From Alphaproteobacteria bacterium (GTDB lineage: Bacteria > Pseudomonadota > Alphaproteobacteria > CADEGL01): DNA of 35,875 nucleotides. The first letter of the stretch is position 1. Every line of letters begins with the position of its first letter. Shown piece by piece: positions 1-9,157 of the stretch. A program made the position numbers and the translations under genes. The stretch is taken from positions 1 through 35,875 of the forward strand of contig CAUZWC010000002.1 of NCBI GenBank assembly GCA_963583595.1. Direction: 5' to 3'. Under the pieces are notes generated by a model. It was not told where the DNA came from, made no database searches, and saw nothing but the letters and a program-made list of their open reading frames with translations.

Positions 1-900
1 CTGTAATTGGTGATGACGCTCTTGTAGACGGTCGCATTGGGAATCTGCACCTGATTTCCCTCGACCGTCAGGAGCACCGTGGTTCTTGTGTTGAGATTGC
101 GCACGATGCCCTGGAAGGCGCCGATCTCGATGAAATCGCCCGAATTGAAGGGGTTGCGGATGCTGAGAAGGAGGCTGGTCAAGAAGTTCTCGGCAATGTC
201 GCGGAAGACGAAGCCGATGGCGAGGCCGATCAGACCGGTGCCGCCCAGAACGGTGACGGCCAGTCGGGTCAGCCCGGCGAATTGCAGTACCAGGTAAAGA
301 CCGAGCAGGAGAACCGGAATGCCGATGGCGCGGGCCAGGACCTTCAGCAGCAGCGGCGTTTCGATCCAGCGGGCGAGCAGGACCCGGGCCAGACGGGTGA
401 CCAGCCGCGCGGCCAGCCAGCAGGGGATCAGGACGATCGACGCCAGCAGGAGCAGGGGCAGGACGCGCTGGCCCTGCTGAACCAGCCCGCGCGCCTCGGC
501 CCAGGCCGGCGTCAAATCCCAGTCGACGCGTGCCTGAACCTCGATCCGGTTGACCACGGCGACCACGTCCTGGATCGTGCGCGCGACCTGACCGGCCCAT
601 TCCCGATGCGCCTCCGTCTCCGCAATCCCGTCGATGAAGACGATGCCCTCGGGCACCTCGACCCGGGGCGCGCGGATGCGCTCGCTGGCGACCAGAATGC
701 GGGTCAGGCGGGCGGCGATGGCCTTGTCTCCCGTCTCCGGGCGGACCTGGACCGGCGGATTAGGGCTGGACGGGTTCCTCGCCGACTATCTGGGCGGTGG
801 CCTCCGCCGGTGCGAAAACGAGCCATAGACAGGCTGCTGCCAGGGCGAACAGGGCGCCGCGGAGGCGCCGTCCGATAGTCCTCGAATTAGTCACGACCAT
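1..900 (-). CDS. MscS-family mechanosensitive ion channel. The 3' end lies beyond the window edge, and the N-terminal signal-peptide ORF is in a different frame from the channel body (frameshift, pseudogene or recoding).
   Basis: The minus frame is open from 785 to position 1. It is absent from the ORF track because it has no stop in the window. It reads ...GDKAIAARLTRILVAS..VEVPEGIVFIDGIAETEAHREWAGQVARTIQDVVAVVNRIEV (BON-like), then three TM segments and LAVTVLGGTGLIGLAIGFVFRDIAENFLTSLLLSIRNPFNSGDFIEIGAFQGIVRNLNTRTTVLLTVEGNQVQIPN, the MscS TM3/beta-domain signature. An ATG at 898-900 with a GGTGAG SD opens MVVTNSRTIGRRLRGALFALAAACLWLVFAPAEATAQ..., which stops at TAA 760-762. Confidence 0.8.
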
Positions 901-934
901 ATCACGCTCACCATAGGGGAGAGTGGCCCCAAGC

Positions 935-1846
935 CTAGCGGGCCAGGGGCTCGGAGGTAAGGTCCGGGGCCGACGGGCCTTCGGTGCGCGCGGCCACGGC
1001 TTCGCGGCGCGCGATATAGGCGGTCGAGGCGACGATGACGGCGGAGCCGGCCCAGGTCCAGGCATCGACTCCTTCGGCGAAGACGAACCAGCCGATGGCC
1101 GCCGCGAAGGGCATCTTGGCGAAGTCGAAGGGTAGGACGGCGGAGGCGTCGGCCGCCCGGAAGGCGCGGGTCAGGCAGATATGGGCGAAGGTCCCGATCG
1201 CAGCCATGGCGATGACCCAGCCCAGCGCCTCCCAGCTCGGCGTGGTCCAGACGAAGAGGGCAGGCACGAAGGAGAAGGGCGTAAGCAGGAGGGCCTGCAT
1301 GGCCACGATCACAGAGACCTTCTCCAGGGCGGAAAGCTTCTTCAGGGCGATGTGCTGGCAGCCCCAGCCGACCGAGGAGAGCAGCATCATCGCCGTCGCG
1401 GCGGTGACCGCCTCGAAACCCGGGCGCACCACGATCAGGACGCCGCAGAAGCCGACCAAGGTGGCGGCCCAGCGCCGGGCGCGCACCGCCTCGCCCAGGA
1501 CCAGGGCGGCGAAGACGGTGGCCCAGAGCGGCGAGGTGAAGTTGAGCGCGATGGCGTCGGCCAAGGGCATCAGCGGGATGCCGTAATACCAGAGCAGCAT
1601 CGCGGCGAAGCTAAACAGGGCGCGCAGGACGAAGAGGCGAAGGTTCCGGGTCGCGCGAAATTCGGGCAAGGCGCGCCAGATCCAGGGCGCCATGAACAGG
1701 ACGGCGAAGATATTGCGCAGGAAGGCGATCTGGAAAGGATGCAGTTCTTCCGCAAGGGGGCGGATCAAACTCAACATCACTGTGAAACTGAGGGCGGCGC
1801 CCATCATCCAGACGCCGCCGCGCAGGGTTGCCGGAAGGGCGTTCAT
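935..1846 (-). CDS. EamA/DMT-family transporter (paralog 1 of 3)
   Basis: Track ORF 935..1936. I prefer the internal ATG at 1844-1846 (MNALPATLRGGVWMMGAALSF...). About 10 hydrophobic segments, and a C-terminal LPFDFAKMPFAAAIGWFVFAEGVDAWTWAGSAVIVASTAYIARREA typical of two-EamA-domain carriers. Confidence 0.85.
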   Translation of the reverse strand: MNALPATLRGGVWMMGAALSFTVMLSLIRPLAEELHPFQIAFLRNIFAVLFMAPWIWRALPEFRATRNLRLFVLRALFSFAAMLLWYYGIPLMPLADAIALNFTSPLWATVFAALVLGEAVRARRWAATLVGFCGVLIVVRPGFEAVTAATAMMLLSSVGWGCQHIALKKLSALEKVSVIVAMQALLLTPFSFVPALFVWTTPSWEALGWVIAMAAIGTFAHICLTRAFRAADASAVLPFDFAKMPFAAAIGWFVFAEGVDAWTWAGSAVIVASTAYIARREAVAARTEGPSAPDLTSEPLAR

Positions 1847-1868
1847 GCCAGGGCCGGGAGGGCGCCGG

Positions 1869-2852
1869 TCAGGAGGCCGGTCCGGTTGCGACGCTGCCCT
1901 TGGTGCGCCCGATTTCCGCCGCGGCAAGGCGGGCAATTTGGGCCTCGCGGCGCGCGATATAGCCGGTCGAGGCGACGATCACGGTGGCCCCGACCCAGGT
2001 CCAGACATCCGTCGGTTCGCCGAAGACGAACCAGCCGATGAGCACGGCGATGGGCATCTTGGCGAAGTCGAAGGGCAGCACGATCGATGCATCGGCCGCC
2101 GCGAAAGCCCGGGTCAGGAAGATATGGCCCAGGGTGCCCAGGGTGCCCATTCCCGCCAGCCATATCAGGTTGTCGACCGTCGGCGTCGTCCAGAAGAAGA
2201 GCGAGGCGATGAAGGTCAACGGCAGCAGCATGATCGCATGCATGGCGACGATCACATTCACCGGCTCGGTGCGCGAGAGCATCTTGAGGACGATATGCTG
2301 GCTACCCCAGGCGGCCGAGGCGAGCAGCAGGATCAGGGCGGCGTCGCTAACTTCGACGAAGCCCGGGCGCAGCACGATCAGCACCCCGGCGAAGCCGAGA
2401 ATCACCGCCGACCAGCGGCGCAGGCGTACGATCTCGTGCAGGATCAGCGCGGCGAAGACGGTGGCCCAGAGGGGGGCGGTGAAATTGATCGCGATGGCGT
2501 CCGAAAGCGGCATAAAGGGTACGCCGTAGAACCAGGCCAGGGTCGAGATGCCGCCGAACAGGGCGCGCATGCCGTAAAGTCCCTTATGCGGCACGGCGAG
2601 TCCGGTGGTCCGCAGGAAGCGAATCAGGGTTGGGGCCATCCAGATCATCGTGACGAGATAGCGGAAGAAGGCTATCTCGAACGGATGCAGGTCCTGGGCG
2701 ACGAACCGAATGGTGCTCAGCATCGCGGTGAAGCAGGTGGCCGCCATGACCATCCAGATTGCGCCCTGGATGGGCGGGGACAGCCGGCGGAAGGATCGGC
2801 CGATCGAGCTCTGCCCGATCGGCGGCGGGCGCCTGATCCAACTGGTCCTCAT
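1869..2852 (-). CDS. EamA/DMT-family transporter (paralog 2 of 3)
   Basis: This is the C-terminal 327 aa of track ORF 1869..3311, starting at ATG 2850-2852 (MRTSWIRRPP...). It is colinear with paralog 1 (LHPFEIAFFRY.., NFTAPLWATVFAALIL.E.VRLRRW, LPFDFAKMPIAVLIGWFVFGEPTDVWTWVGATVIVASTGYIARREA). The start overlaps the upstream stop as ATGA. Confidence 0.85.
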   Translation of the reverse strand: MRTSWIRRPPPIGQSSIGRSFRRLSPPIQGAIWMVMAATCFTAMLSTIRFVAQDLHPFEIAFFRYLVTMIWMAPTLIRFLRTTGLAVPHKGLYGMRALFGGISTLAWFYGVPFMPLSDAIAINFTAPLWATVFAALILHEIVRLRRWSAVILGFAGVLIVLRPGFVEVSDAALILLLASAAWGSQHIVLKMLSRTEPVNVIVAMHAIMLLPLTFIASLFFWTTPTVDNLIWLAGMGTLGTLGHIFLTRAFAAADASIVLPFDFAKMPIAVLIGWFVFGEPTDVWTWVGATVIVASTGYIARREAQIARLAAAEIGRTKGSVATGPAS

Positions 2853-3778
2853 GGCCGGTCCAGGCTGGCGGCAAGGGCGACATCGGGCCTGTCGGTGCGC
2901 AGGCGTGCCTCGCGCCGGGCGATGTAGAGCGTGCTGGCGACGATCAGGACCGCGCCGGCCACGGTCGCGATCTCGGGTACCTCGGCGAAGAGGATATAGC
3001 CCATGATCGCGGCGAAGATTAGCCGCGTGTAGTCGAAGGGCGCCACCGCCGTCGCTTCGCCCGCCTCCCAGGCATAGACGGCGAAGAGCTGGCCCATTGT
3101 GCCCAGAAGCGCAATGACGAAGAGCAGGGACAGATCGGTATCGCTTGGCATCTTCCAGACGAAGGCCGCGGGAATGGCGGAAAAAACCAGGCCGAGCGCG
3201 GCGAAGTAGAAGACCATGGTCGAGGCGCTGTCGGTCACCGAGAGTTTCTTGACCAGCACGCCGACCAGGGCGCTCAGGCAGGCGCTCGTCAACGCGACGA
3301 GGGAGGCCCATTCGAAGCCGGATCCGGGTTGCAGCACGACCAGCACGCCGCAGAAGCCGACGGCGGTCGCTGTCCAGCGCCGCCAGCGGATGCTCTCGCC
3401 CAGCAGCAGGACGGCGAAAACGATCATGAACAACGGCATGGTGAAGACCAGGGCCGTGACATCGGCAAGCGGCAGATAGGCCAAGGCGAAGAACATGCAG
3501 GACATCGAGACGATGCCCACGACCGAGCGGGCGACATGCATCCAGGGCCGCTTGGTCCGGATCATCGCGGGCCCCCGCCGGATGAAGACCGGCAGCAGGA
3601 TGATCAGGGCGAAGAGACAGCGGAAGAAGACGATGACCAGGGTGTGAACGTCTTCGCCCAACTCCTTCACGATGGCACTTTGCAGGGTCATCACGAAGGC
3701 GGTCATGAGGATCCAGAGGGCGCCGCGCAGATTGCCCGGCAGGGCATCGAAGCGCCCGCGGACCGTTGCGCCGCTCAT
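2849..3778 (-). CDS. EamA/DMT-family transporter (paralog 3 of 3, more diverged)
   Basis: Track ORF of 309 aa. Same architecture (VFTMPLFMIVFAVLLLGESIRWRRW..., PFDYTRLIFAAIMGYILFAEVPE..VLIVASTLYIARREA). Confidence 0.85.
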   Translation of the reverse strand: MSGATVRGRFDALPGNLRGALWILMTAFVMTLQSAIVKELGEDVHTLVIVFFRCLFALIILLPVFIRRGPAMIRTKRPWMHVARSVVGIVSMSCMFFALAYLPLADVTALVFTMPLFMIVFAVLLLGESIRWRRWTATAVGFCGVLVVLQPGSGFEWASLVALTSACLSALVGVLVKKLSVTDSASTMVFYFAALGLVFSAIPAAFVWKMPSDTDLSLLFVIALLGTMGQLFAVYAWEAGEATAVAPFDYTRLIFAAIMGYILFAEVPEIATVAGAVLIVASTLYIARREARLRTDRPDVALAASLDRP

Positions 3779-3892
3779 CGTCCGGCCGGGTGGCCGGGCT
3801 TAGAACGTGAAGGGGCCGGCGTGCCCTTGCCCAGGCTCGCCGGCCCTCTTCGCGATGGGTCCGTTTCGGTCACGTGTCCGGGGACGATCCGC

Positions 3893-4648
3893 TTACTCGG
3901 CGTAGTCGGAACCTTCCCGCTCCAACATCCGCTTCAGCGCCTCGAAATGGCGCGCGGAGTTGATCGTGAAGTTGCCGTATTGCTCGAAGGTCATCTTGAT
4001 CACGTCCTCGGGGATGATGTGCAGCCCCTTGCCGCGCGATTCAGCGAGAATCTGGACCTCGCAGGCGCGCTCGAGGAAATACATGTAATCGAGCGACTCG
4101 GCGATCGTCGAAGTGGCGGTGATCGCGCCGTGATTGGCCAGGAACATCACCGATTTATCGCCGAAGACCTCGGCCATCCGGCGGCCCTCGGAGGCGTCAT
4201 CGGCCAGGCCGTGGAAATCGTCGTCATAGGCGACGTCGTTCCAGAACCGGACGGAGTTCTGGTGGCACATCTCCAGGCGCCCCTCTTTCGAGCAGGCAAG
4301 GGCCGTCGAATAGGGCATGTGGGTGTGGAAGACGACATTGCCCCGCGGATGGGCCTGATGGATCGGCAGGTGGATACAGATGGCGGAGACCGGCGGCGGC
4401 AGATCGCCTTCGATCACCGTGCCATCGGCCTCGCAGATCAGGATATCGCTGGCCCGTACCTCGGACCAATGCAGGCCCTTGGGGTTGACGAAGAACTGGT
4501 TCTCCTGGCCCGGCACCTTGACGGTGAAATGGTTGTCTATGCCTTCGGTCATGCCGAGCATCGCGGAAATCTGAATGCCCGCGGCGAGGTCGACCCGCGT
4601 GCGCCAGACTTCGTCATCGTTGGGTTTCAGCTTTTCGACGGCTGCCAT
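3893..4648 (-). CDS. Class II aldolase/adducin-domain protein
   Basis: Track ORF of 251 aa. It carries ...GIDNHFTVKVPG..FFVNPKGLHWSEVRASDILICEADG...VVFHTHMPYSTALA...FLANHGAITATSTIAESL, the His-rich metal site pattern of the class II aldolase/adducin fold. SD AAGGGAGAG lies upstream of the ATG. Confidence 0.8.
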   Translation of the reverse strand: MAAVEKLKPNDDEVWRTRVDLAAGIQISAMLGMTEGIDNHFTVKVPGQENQFFVNPKGLHWSEVRASDILICEADGTVIEGDLPPPVSAICIHLPIHQAHPRGNVVFHTHMPYSTALACSKEGRLEMCHQNSVRFWNDVAYDDDFHGLADDASEGRRMAEVFGDKSVMFLANHGAITATSTIAESLDYMYFLERACEVQILAESRGKGLHIIPEDVIKMTFEQYGNFTINSARHFEALKRMLEREGSDYAE

Positions 4649-4820
4649 TGTTTCTCTCCCTTAAGATACCAGCGGTCCAACCGGTCCGTTTCGCCCCGCC
4701 GCCTTGCGGTGGTCCCAATCTCACGCATACGCAATCTTAGCGACCGGCTGCCCGTTTTCGCAATTGGCCAAACGGCGGTGCGCCGGAACTGCGATCTGTA
4801 ACTTCGGCTATAGCCCTCGC

Positions 4821-5600
4821 CTATAACATTGTCCTGACGACGGCGCCGTCCACCGAGATGGCCTGGGCGGTCATATAGGCGGCCTGGCGCGAGCAGAGGA
4901 AGGCGCACACCGCGCCGAATTCCTCGATCGTGCCCAGGCGCTTGGCCGGCACGGTCTCGGCGAATTTGGCGACGCCCTCGGCATCGCTCAGGCTTTCGTC
5001 GTTCACCATGTATTTGGCGAATTTCTGCAGCAGGTCCGTGTCGAAGGGGCCGGGCAGCAGGCTGTTCACGGTGACGCCCTTGTCTGCGATCTCGCGCGCC
5101 AGGGTGCCGAAGGCACCCAGCAGGCCGGCCTTGAGGCTGTTGCCCAGGGGCGTGTTGGTGCTCGGCTCCTTGGCCGACATGGAACTGATATTGATGATCC
5201 GGCCCCAGCCGCGCTCCACCATGGGCGGCGCGGCGCGATAGGCCATGTCGATGGCCGAGACGAAGGTCTGTTCGAAGGCGTCTCGCCAATCCTCGTTGCT
5301 GCGTTCCACGAAGGGGCCGGCCTTGGGGCCGTAGGCGTTGGTGACGAGGATCGAGATCTCGCCCAGATGGTCCTGGGCTTCGTCCCACAGGCGCGCGCGA
5401 TCCTCGGGCTTGGACACATTGGCCTGGACAAAAATGGTGTCGCCGCCGATCGCCTGGGCGGCCTTCCTGCCGTTGTCCTCGGACAGACCGTTGAGGACGA
5501 CCCGCACGCCCTCCTGGGCCAGCGCCCTGGCGCAGCCGAAGCCGAGGCCCCGCGAACTGGCGAGGACGAGGGCGCCTTCGCCCTTGATGCCGAGATCCAT
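4821..5600 (-). CDS. Short-chain dehydrogenase/reductase (type A, copy 1)
   Basis: This is the C-terminal 259 aa of the composite track ORF 4821..7190, starting at ATG 5598-5600 with SD GGAGGAGG. MDLGIKGEGALVLASSRGLGFGCARALAQEG..., NISSMSAKEP...LGNSLKAGLLGAFGTLAREIADKGVTVNSLLPGPFDT. Confidence 0.85.
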   Translation of the reverse strand: MDLGIKGEGALVLASSRGLGFGCARALAQEGVRVVLNGLSEDNGRKAAQAIGGDTIFVQANVSKPEDRARLWDEAQDHLGEISILVTNAYGPKAGPFVERSNEDWRDAFEQTFVSAIDMAYRAAPPMVERGWGRIINISSMSAKEPSTNTPLGNSLKAGLLGAFGTLAREIADKGVTVNSLLPGPFDTDLLQKFAKYMVNDESLSDAEGVAKFAETVPAKRLGTIEEFGAVCAFLCSRQAAYMTAQAISVDGAVVRTML

Positions 5601-5620
5601 TGTTTTCCTCCTCCCGCGTC

Positions 5621-6400
5621 CTAATACAGCGACGTGACGTGGCCGCCATCCATCACGATGCTCTGAGCCGTGATGTAGCCGGCTTTGCGCGAACACAGAT
5701 AGGCGCAGAGCGAGCCGAATTCGTCGATCGTGCCCAGCCGCTTCATGGGGCCGTGCTGGGCGTATTGTTGGACGGCCTCTTCCTCCGAAAGATCGGGGCG
5801 TTGGATGAGGTCGCGCGACACCCGGCGCAGCAGGGCCGTGTCGAAGGGGCCGGGTAGGATATGGTTGACCGTCACCCCCTGGTCCGCGATCTCGCGCGCG
5901 AGGGTCGAAAAAGCCCCGATCACGGCCGTCTTGAGGCCATTGGCGAGGGGCGCGTTGGGGGTCGTCTCCTTGACCGAGGTCGAACTGATATTGACGATCC
6001 GGCCCCATTCGGCGGCCACCATGTCGATGGCGGCGGCGCGCGCCATATCGACGGCCGAGAGCAGGGAGAGTTCGAAGGCCGCGCGCCAGTCGTCGAGCGA
6101 CATGCCGAGGAAGGGTCCGGTCGGCGGCCCGCCGGCATTGGTCACCAGGATCGAAACCTTGCCGAGCTTTTCCTTGGCCTCCGCGTAGACGCGCGCCCGA
6201 TCGTCTTCCGAGGCGACGTCGCCTTTCAGGAAGATCGCCTCGCCGCCGAGCGCGGCGACCGCTTTCGCGCCGGTTTCGGCATTGCGGCCGGTGATCGCGA
6301 CCTTGACGCCTTCGCCGATCAGGGCGCGGGCGCAGCCGAAGCCGAGGCCTTGGCTGCCGGCGAGGATGAGGGCGCTTTCGCCCCTGATACCGAGTTCCAT
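5621..6400 (-). CDS. Short-chain dehydrogenase/reductase (type A, copy 2)
   Basis: Track ORF of 259 aa, colinear with the preceding gene (MELGIRGESALILAGSQGLGFGCARALIGEG..., NISSTSVKET..., HILPGPFDT). Confidence 0.85.
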   Translation of the reverse strand: MELGIRGESALILAGSQGLGFGCARALIGEGVKVAITGRNAETGAKAVAALGGEAIFLKGDVASEDDRARVYAEAKEKLGKVSILVTNAGGPPTGPFLGMSLDDWRAAFELSLLSAVDMARAAAIDMVAAEWGRIVNISSTSVKETTPNAPLANGLKTAVIGAFSTLAREIADQGVTVNHILPGPFDTALLRRVSRDLIQRPDLSEEEAVQQYAQHGPMKRLGTIDEFGSLCAYLCSRKAGYITAQSIVMDGGHVTSLY

Positions 6401-6445
6401 ATCCTGCCTCGCTTCCTTTTCGTCGTTTCGGGCTTTCCGGCCGGC

Positions 6446-7531
6446 CTATTCGGCCGCCGCGCGCGCGCCGGGGTCTTCGAGGTCGCCCAATTCGCGTTCC
6501 ATCGCGGGGATGACCTTCTCGCCCATCATTTCCATCGAGCGCATGACCTTGGCGATTTCCAAACCGCCGAACTGCATGACACAGCTTATATGCGCGGGCC
6601 GCAAGGTGCGAATCTCGTCGATCAGCTGGGCCGCGCATTTCTCGGGATCGCCGATGATCGCGCGTTCGGCGATCTCCTCGACGCTCGGCTCGCCCTCGAC
6701 CGCGACGGAATCGATGACATGGCGGTCGAAATCCATATGGCCCTGCCGGAAGCCGTGGGCGATGCGGTAGGTGTAGCGGAGGTGTTCGGCCGCGGCGAGC
6801 GCCTCCTTCCGGTCCTCGGTGACATAGACGAAGCGCTGCACGGCGAGGTCGAGGCCGGCCGGATCGACCCCCGTCGCGGTCCAATGGGCCTCGATCTGGT
6901 GCCGCGTCTCCAGCACCTCGCTGGCCGGCTTCCACTGGGCCGAGACGAAGGGCGTCCAGCCGTTGCGCGCGATGCGCTGCTGGATGGTTTTGTCCCAGGT
7001 CATGCCCGCGATGGCGATGGGCGGATGGGGTTGCTGCACGGGCCGGACGCCGAAATGGGTCGGCGGGATAGTGTAGTGCTTGCCCTTGTATTCGAGCGGC
7101 CCGTCGCCGGCCCAGGCCCGTTCCACCAGATCCAGGAACTCGTACATCATGGGCCGCGAATCCGGCAGGCTGACGCCGAATCGGTCGCATTCATGCTGCT
7201 GATAGCCGGCGCCGAAGCCGAGCACGATACGCCCGTCGGAGAGCTGGTCGGCGACCGCGATGTCCTCGAGCAGGCGCATGGGCTCGTAGAGCGGGGCGAC
7301 GATGACGGCGGTGCCCAGACGGATCTTCTTCGTCTGGGGCGCGGCCCAGACCGCGGCGGTCAGGGGCGAGGTGACGAGCGAATAGTTCGAGAAGTGATGC
7401 TCGGCGAACCAGGCGATATCGAAGCCCAGTTGCTCGGCCATCCGCACCTGCTCGATGCCCTCGGCCGCCGCCTTGCGAACGGGTTTCTTGCCGTCGCGCT
7501 GGGGCTGCAGGATGAAGATGCCGAATTTCAT
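6446..7531 (-). CDS. LLM-class (luciferase-like) flavin-dependent oxidoreductase/monooxygenase
   Basis: Track ORF 6446..7660. The preferred start is ATG 7529-7531 (MKFGIFILQPQ...). AEQLGFDIAWFAEHHFSNYSLVTSPL, IRLGTAVIVAPLYEPMRLLEDIAVADQLSDGRIVLGFGAGY are typical LLM motifs. Confidence 0.8.
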   Translation of the reverse strand: MKFGIFILQPQRDGKKPVRKAAAEGIEQVRMAEQLGFDIAWFAEHHFSNYSLVTSPLTAAVWAAPQTKKIRLGTAVIVAPLYEPMRLLEDIAVADQLSDGRIVLGFGAGYQQHECDRFGVSLPDSRPMMYEFLDLVERAWAGDGPLEYKGKHYTIPPTHFGVRPVQQPHPPIAIAGMTWDKTIQQRIARNGWTPFVSAQWKPASEVLETRHQIEAHWTATGVDPAGLDLAVQRFVYVTEDRKEALAAAEHLRYTYRIAHGFRQGHMDFDRHVIDSVAVEGEPSVEEIAERAIIGDPEKCAAQLIDEIRTLRPAHISCVMQFGGLEIAKVMRSMEMMGEKVIPAMERELGDLEDPGARAAAE

Positions 7532-7562
7532 GCGATTGCCTTCGTTTCGATATCCCGCACCG

Positions 7563-8348
7563 TCAGATGCCGACGATGGCGTGGCCGCCGTTGGGGCCGA
7601 TCGTCTGGCCGGTGATGAAGGCGCCCTCGTCCGAGCATAGGAAGGCGACCAGGGCGGCATTCTCTTCGAGTTTAGCGAAGCGGCCCAGCGGCGTGGTCTT
7701 GGAGCGCGCCGTGAAAGACTCCAGGCCCTCCTTCTCTATCGCCATCTGGCTCCATACGCCGCCCGGGGCGATGGCATTGACGGTGATGTTGTGGGGCGCG
7801 AACTCCTTGGCCCAGGACTTGGTCAGGCCGAGAAGGGCGCTCTTCATGGCGGTGTAAGTGGCACCGTAGTGGTGGCCGGTCATCGACCACATAGAGGAGA
7901 CGTTCAGGATGCGGCCGTATTTCCGCGCCTTCATGCCCGGGACCACCGCCTTGGTCAGGAAGAAATGGCCGCGGACGTGGATCCCGAACAGGCGGTCGAA
8001 AAAATCCGGCTCCACCCCCTCGATGCCCGTGCGCTCGCCGCCGACGCCGGCGTTGTTCACCAGGATGTCGATGCGGCCCAGCTCGCTCTCCGCCCGCTTC
8101 GCATGCGCTGCCATGGCTTCGATATCGGCGACGTCCTCGACGAAGACCAGGGCCTTGCGGCCGATGGCGCGGACCTTTTCGCCCGTCTCCTCCGCCCAGT
8201 CCTTGTTGACGTCGTGGACGACGATGTCGGCGCCGCGATGGGCCATCAGCACCGCATGGGCCTGGCCCATGCCGCGGCCGGAGCCGGTGATGAAGGCGAC
8301 CTTGCCGGCGAGTGAGGCGGCCGGGCGCCCTTCGATCGATTCGAACAT
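7563..8348 (-). CDS. Short-chain dehydrogenase/reductase (type B, copy 1)
   Basis: Track ORF 7563..8381, with ATG at 8346-8348 (MFESIEG..). GKVAFITGSGRGMGQAHAVLMAHRGADIVVHDV, ILVNNAGV, NVSSMWSMTGHHYGATYTAMKSALLGLTKSWAKEFAPHNITVNAIAPG. Confidence 0.85.
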   Translation of the reverse strand: MFESIEGRPAASLAGKVAFITGSGRGMGQAHAVLMAHRGADIVVHDVNKDWAEETGEKVRAIGRKALVFVEDVADIEAMAAHAKRAESELGRIDILVNNAGVGGERTGIEGVEPDFFDRLFGIHVRGHFFLTKAVVPGMKARKYGRILNVSSMWSMTGHHYGATYTAMKSALLGLTKSWAKEFAPHNITVNAIAPGGVWSQMAIEKEGLESFTARSKTTPLGRFAKLEENAALVAFLCSDEGAFITGQTIGPNGGHAIVGI

Positions 8349-8352
8349 GGTT

Positions 8353-9111
8353 TTAGATCCCCACGATGGACTGGCCACCATTCGGTCCGATCACCTGGCC
8401 GGTGATGAAGTCGGACTCGGGCGAGCAAAGGAAGACGACGGGATAGGACATTTCCTCGACCTCGGCATAGCGCCCCAAGGGCACTTTCTTGGAGGCCTCG
8501 CGGACATAATCCATGCCGCCTTTCTCAAGTACCATCTGGGTGATCACGCCGCCCGGTGTGACCGCGTTGACGGTGATGTTCCAGGGCGCGAACTCGAGCG
8601 CCCAGGACTTGGTCAGGCCTAGGATGGCGCCTTTGGCTGCGATATAGGTGGCGCCCGTCGGGTGGCCCGTCGAGGCCCACATCGAGGAGATGTTGACGAT
8701 CTTGCCCCAGCCGCGCTCCTTCATGCCCGGAATGACGGCCTGGGTCGCGAAGAAGGTGCCCTTCACATGGACGTCGTACATGCGCTGGAAGAAGGCCTCG
8801 TCGACTCCTTCGATGCCGGTGCGCTCGCCGCCGATGCCGGCGTTGTTGACCAGGATGTCGATGCCGCCGAGTTCGGCCTCGGCCTCCTTCACGGCCTCGC
8901 GCATCGCCGCCACGTCGGAGACGTCGGCATAGGAGACGAAGGCGCACCGGCCCATGGCCCGTACGTCCTCCGCCGTCTTGTCCGCTTCCTCCTTCAGGAC
9001 ATCGTGGACCACGATATCCGCGCCGCGCCCGGCCATGATCAGGGCATGGGAACGGCCCATGCCCCGGCCCGAGCCGGTGATCAACGCAACCTTGCCGGCA
9101 AGATCACCCAT
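8353..9111 (-). CDS. Short-chain dehydrogenase/reductase (type B, copy 2)
   Basis: Track ORF 8353..9138, with ATG at 9109-9111 (MGDLAGKVALITGSGRGMGRSHALIMAGRGADIVVHDV...). Colinear with the previous gene down to the shared C-terminal ITGQ.IGPNGG..IVGI. Confidence 0.85.
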   Translation of the reverse strand: MGDLAGKVALITGSGRGMGRSHALIMAGRGADIVVHDVLKEEADKTAEDVRAMGRCAFVSYADVSDVAAMREAVKEAEAELGGIDILVNNAGIGGERTGIEGVDEAFFQRMYDVHVKGTFFATQAVIPGMKERGWGKIVNISSMWASTGHPTGATYIAAKGAILGLTKSWALEFAPWNITVNAVTPGGVITQMVLEKGGMDYVREASKKVPLGRYAEVEEMSYPVVFLCSPESDFITGQVIGPNGGQSIVGI

Positions 9112-9130
9112 CTTGTTCCAACCCCCACGC

Positions 9131-9157
9131 CATCGCATTGCCTATCGCAATGCGATG
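9131..9157. promoter_or_regulatory. Perfect 11-bp inverted repeat upstream of the SDR/LLM/aldolase operon (candidate operator)
   Basis: CATCGCATTGC-ctatc-GCAATGCGATG, 20-46 nt upstream of the start codon at 9111. A second dyad, TTCAAT-N6-ATTGAA, lies at 9171-9188. Confidence 0.4.

Noticed and set aside
4821-7190. A 789-aa minus-strand ORF that would look like a giant fusion protein.
   Set aside because: Only its last 259 aa (from ATG 5598-5600, with SD GGAGGAGG) are SDR-like. The upstream 530 aa are Arg/Pro/Gly-rich, low-complexity sequence. That part overlaps, out of frame, the well-supported SDR (5621-6400) and LLM (6446-7531) genes. It is a high-GC open-frame artefact.
7563-9111. Resemblance of the type B SDR N-termini (GKVA.ITGSGRGMG.SHA......GADIVVHDV) to mycofactocin-coupled or carveol-dehydrogenase-like SDRs.
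   Set aside because: This rests on memory of a short N-terminal motif only. No mftA-F-like genes or a radical-SAM maturase occur in the window, so the link is unsupported here.
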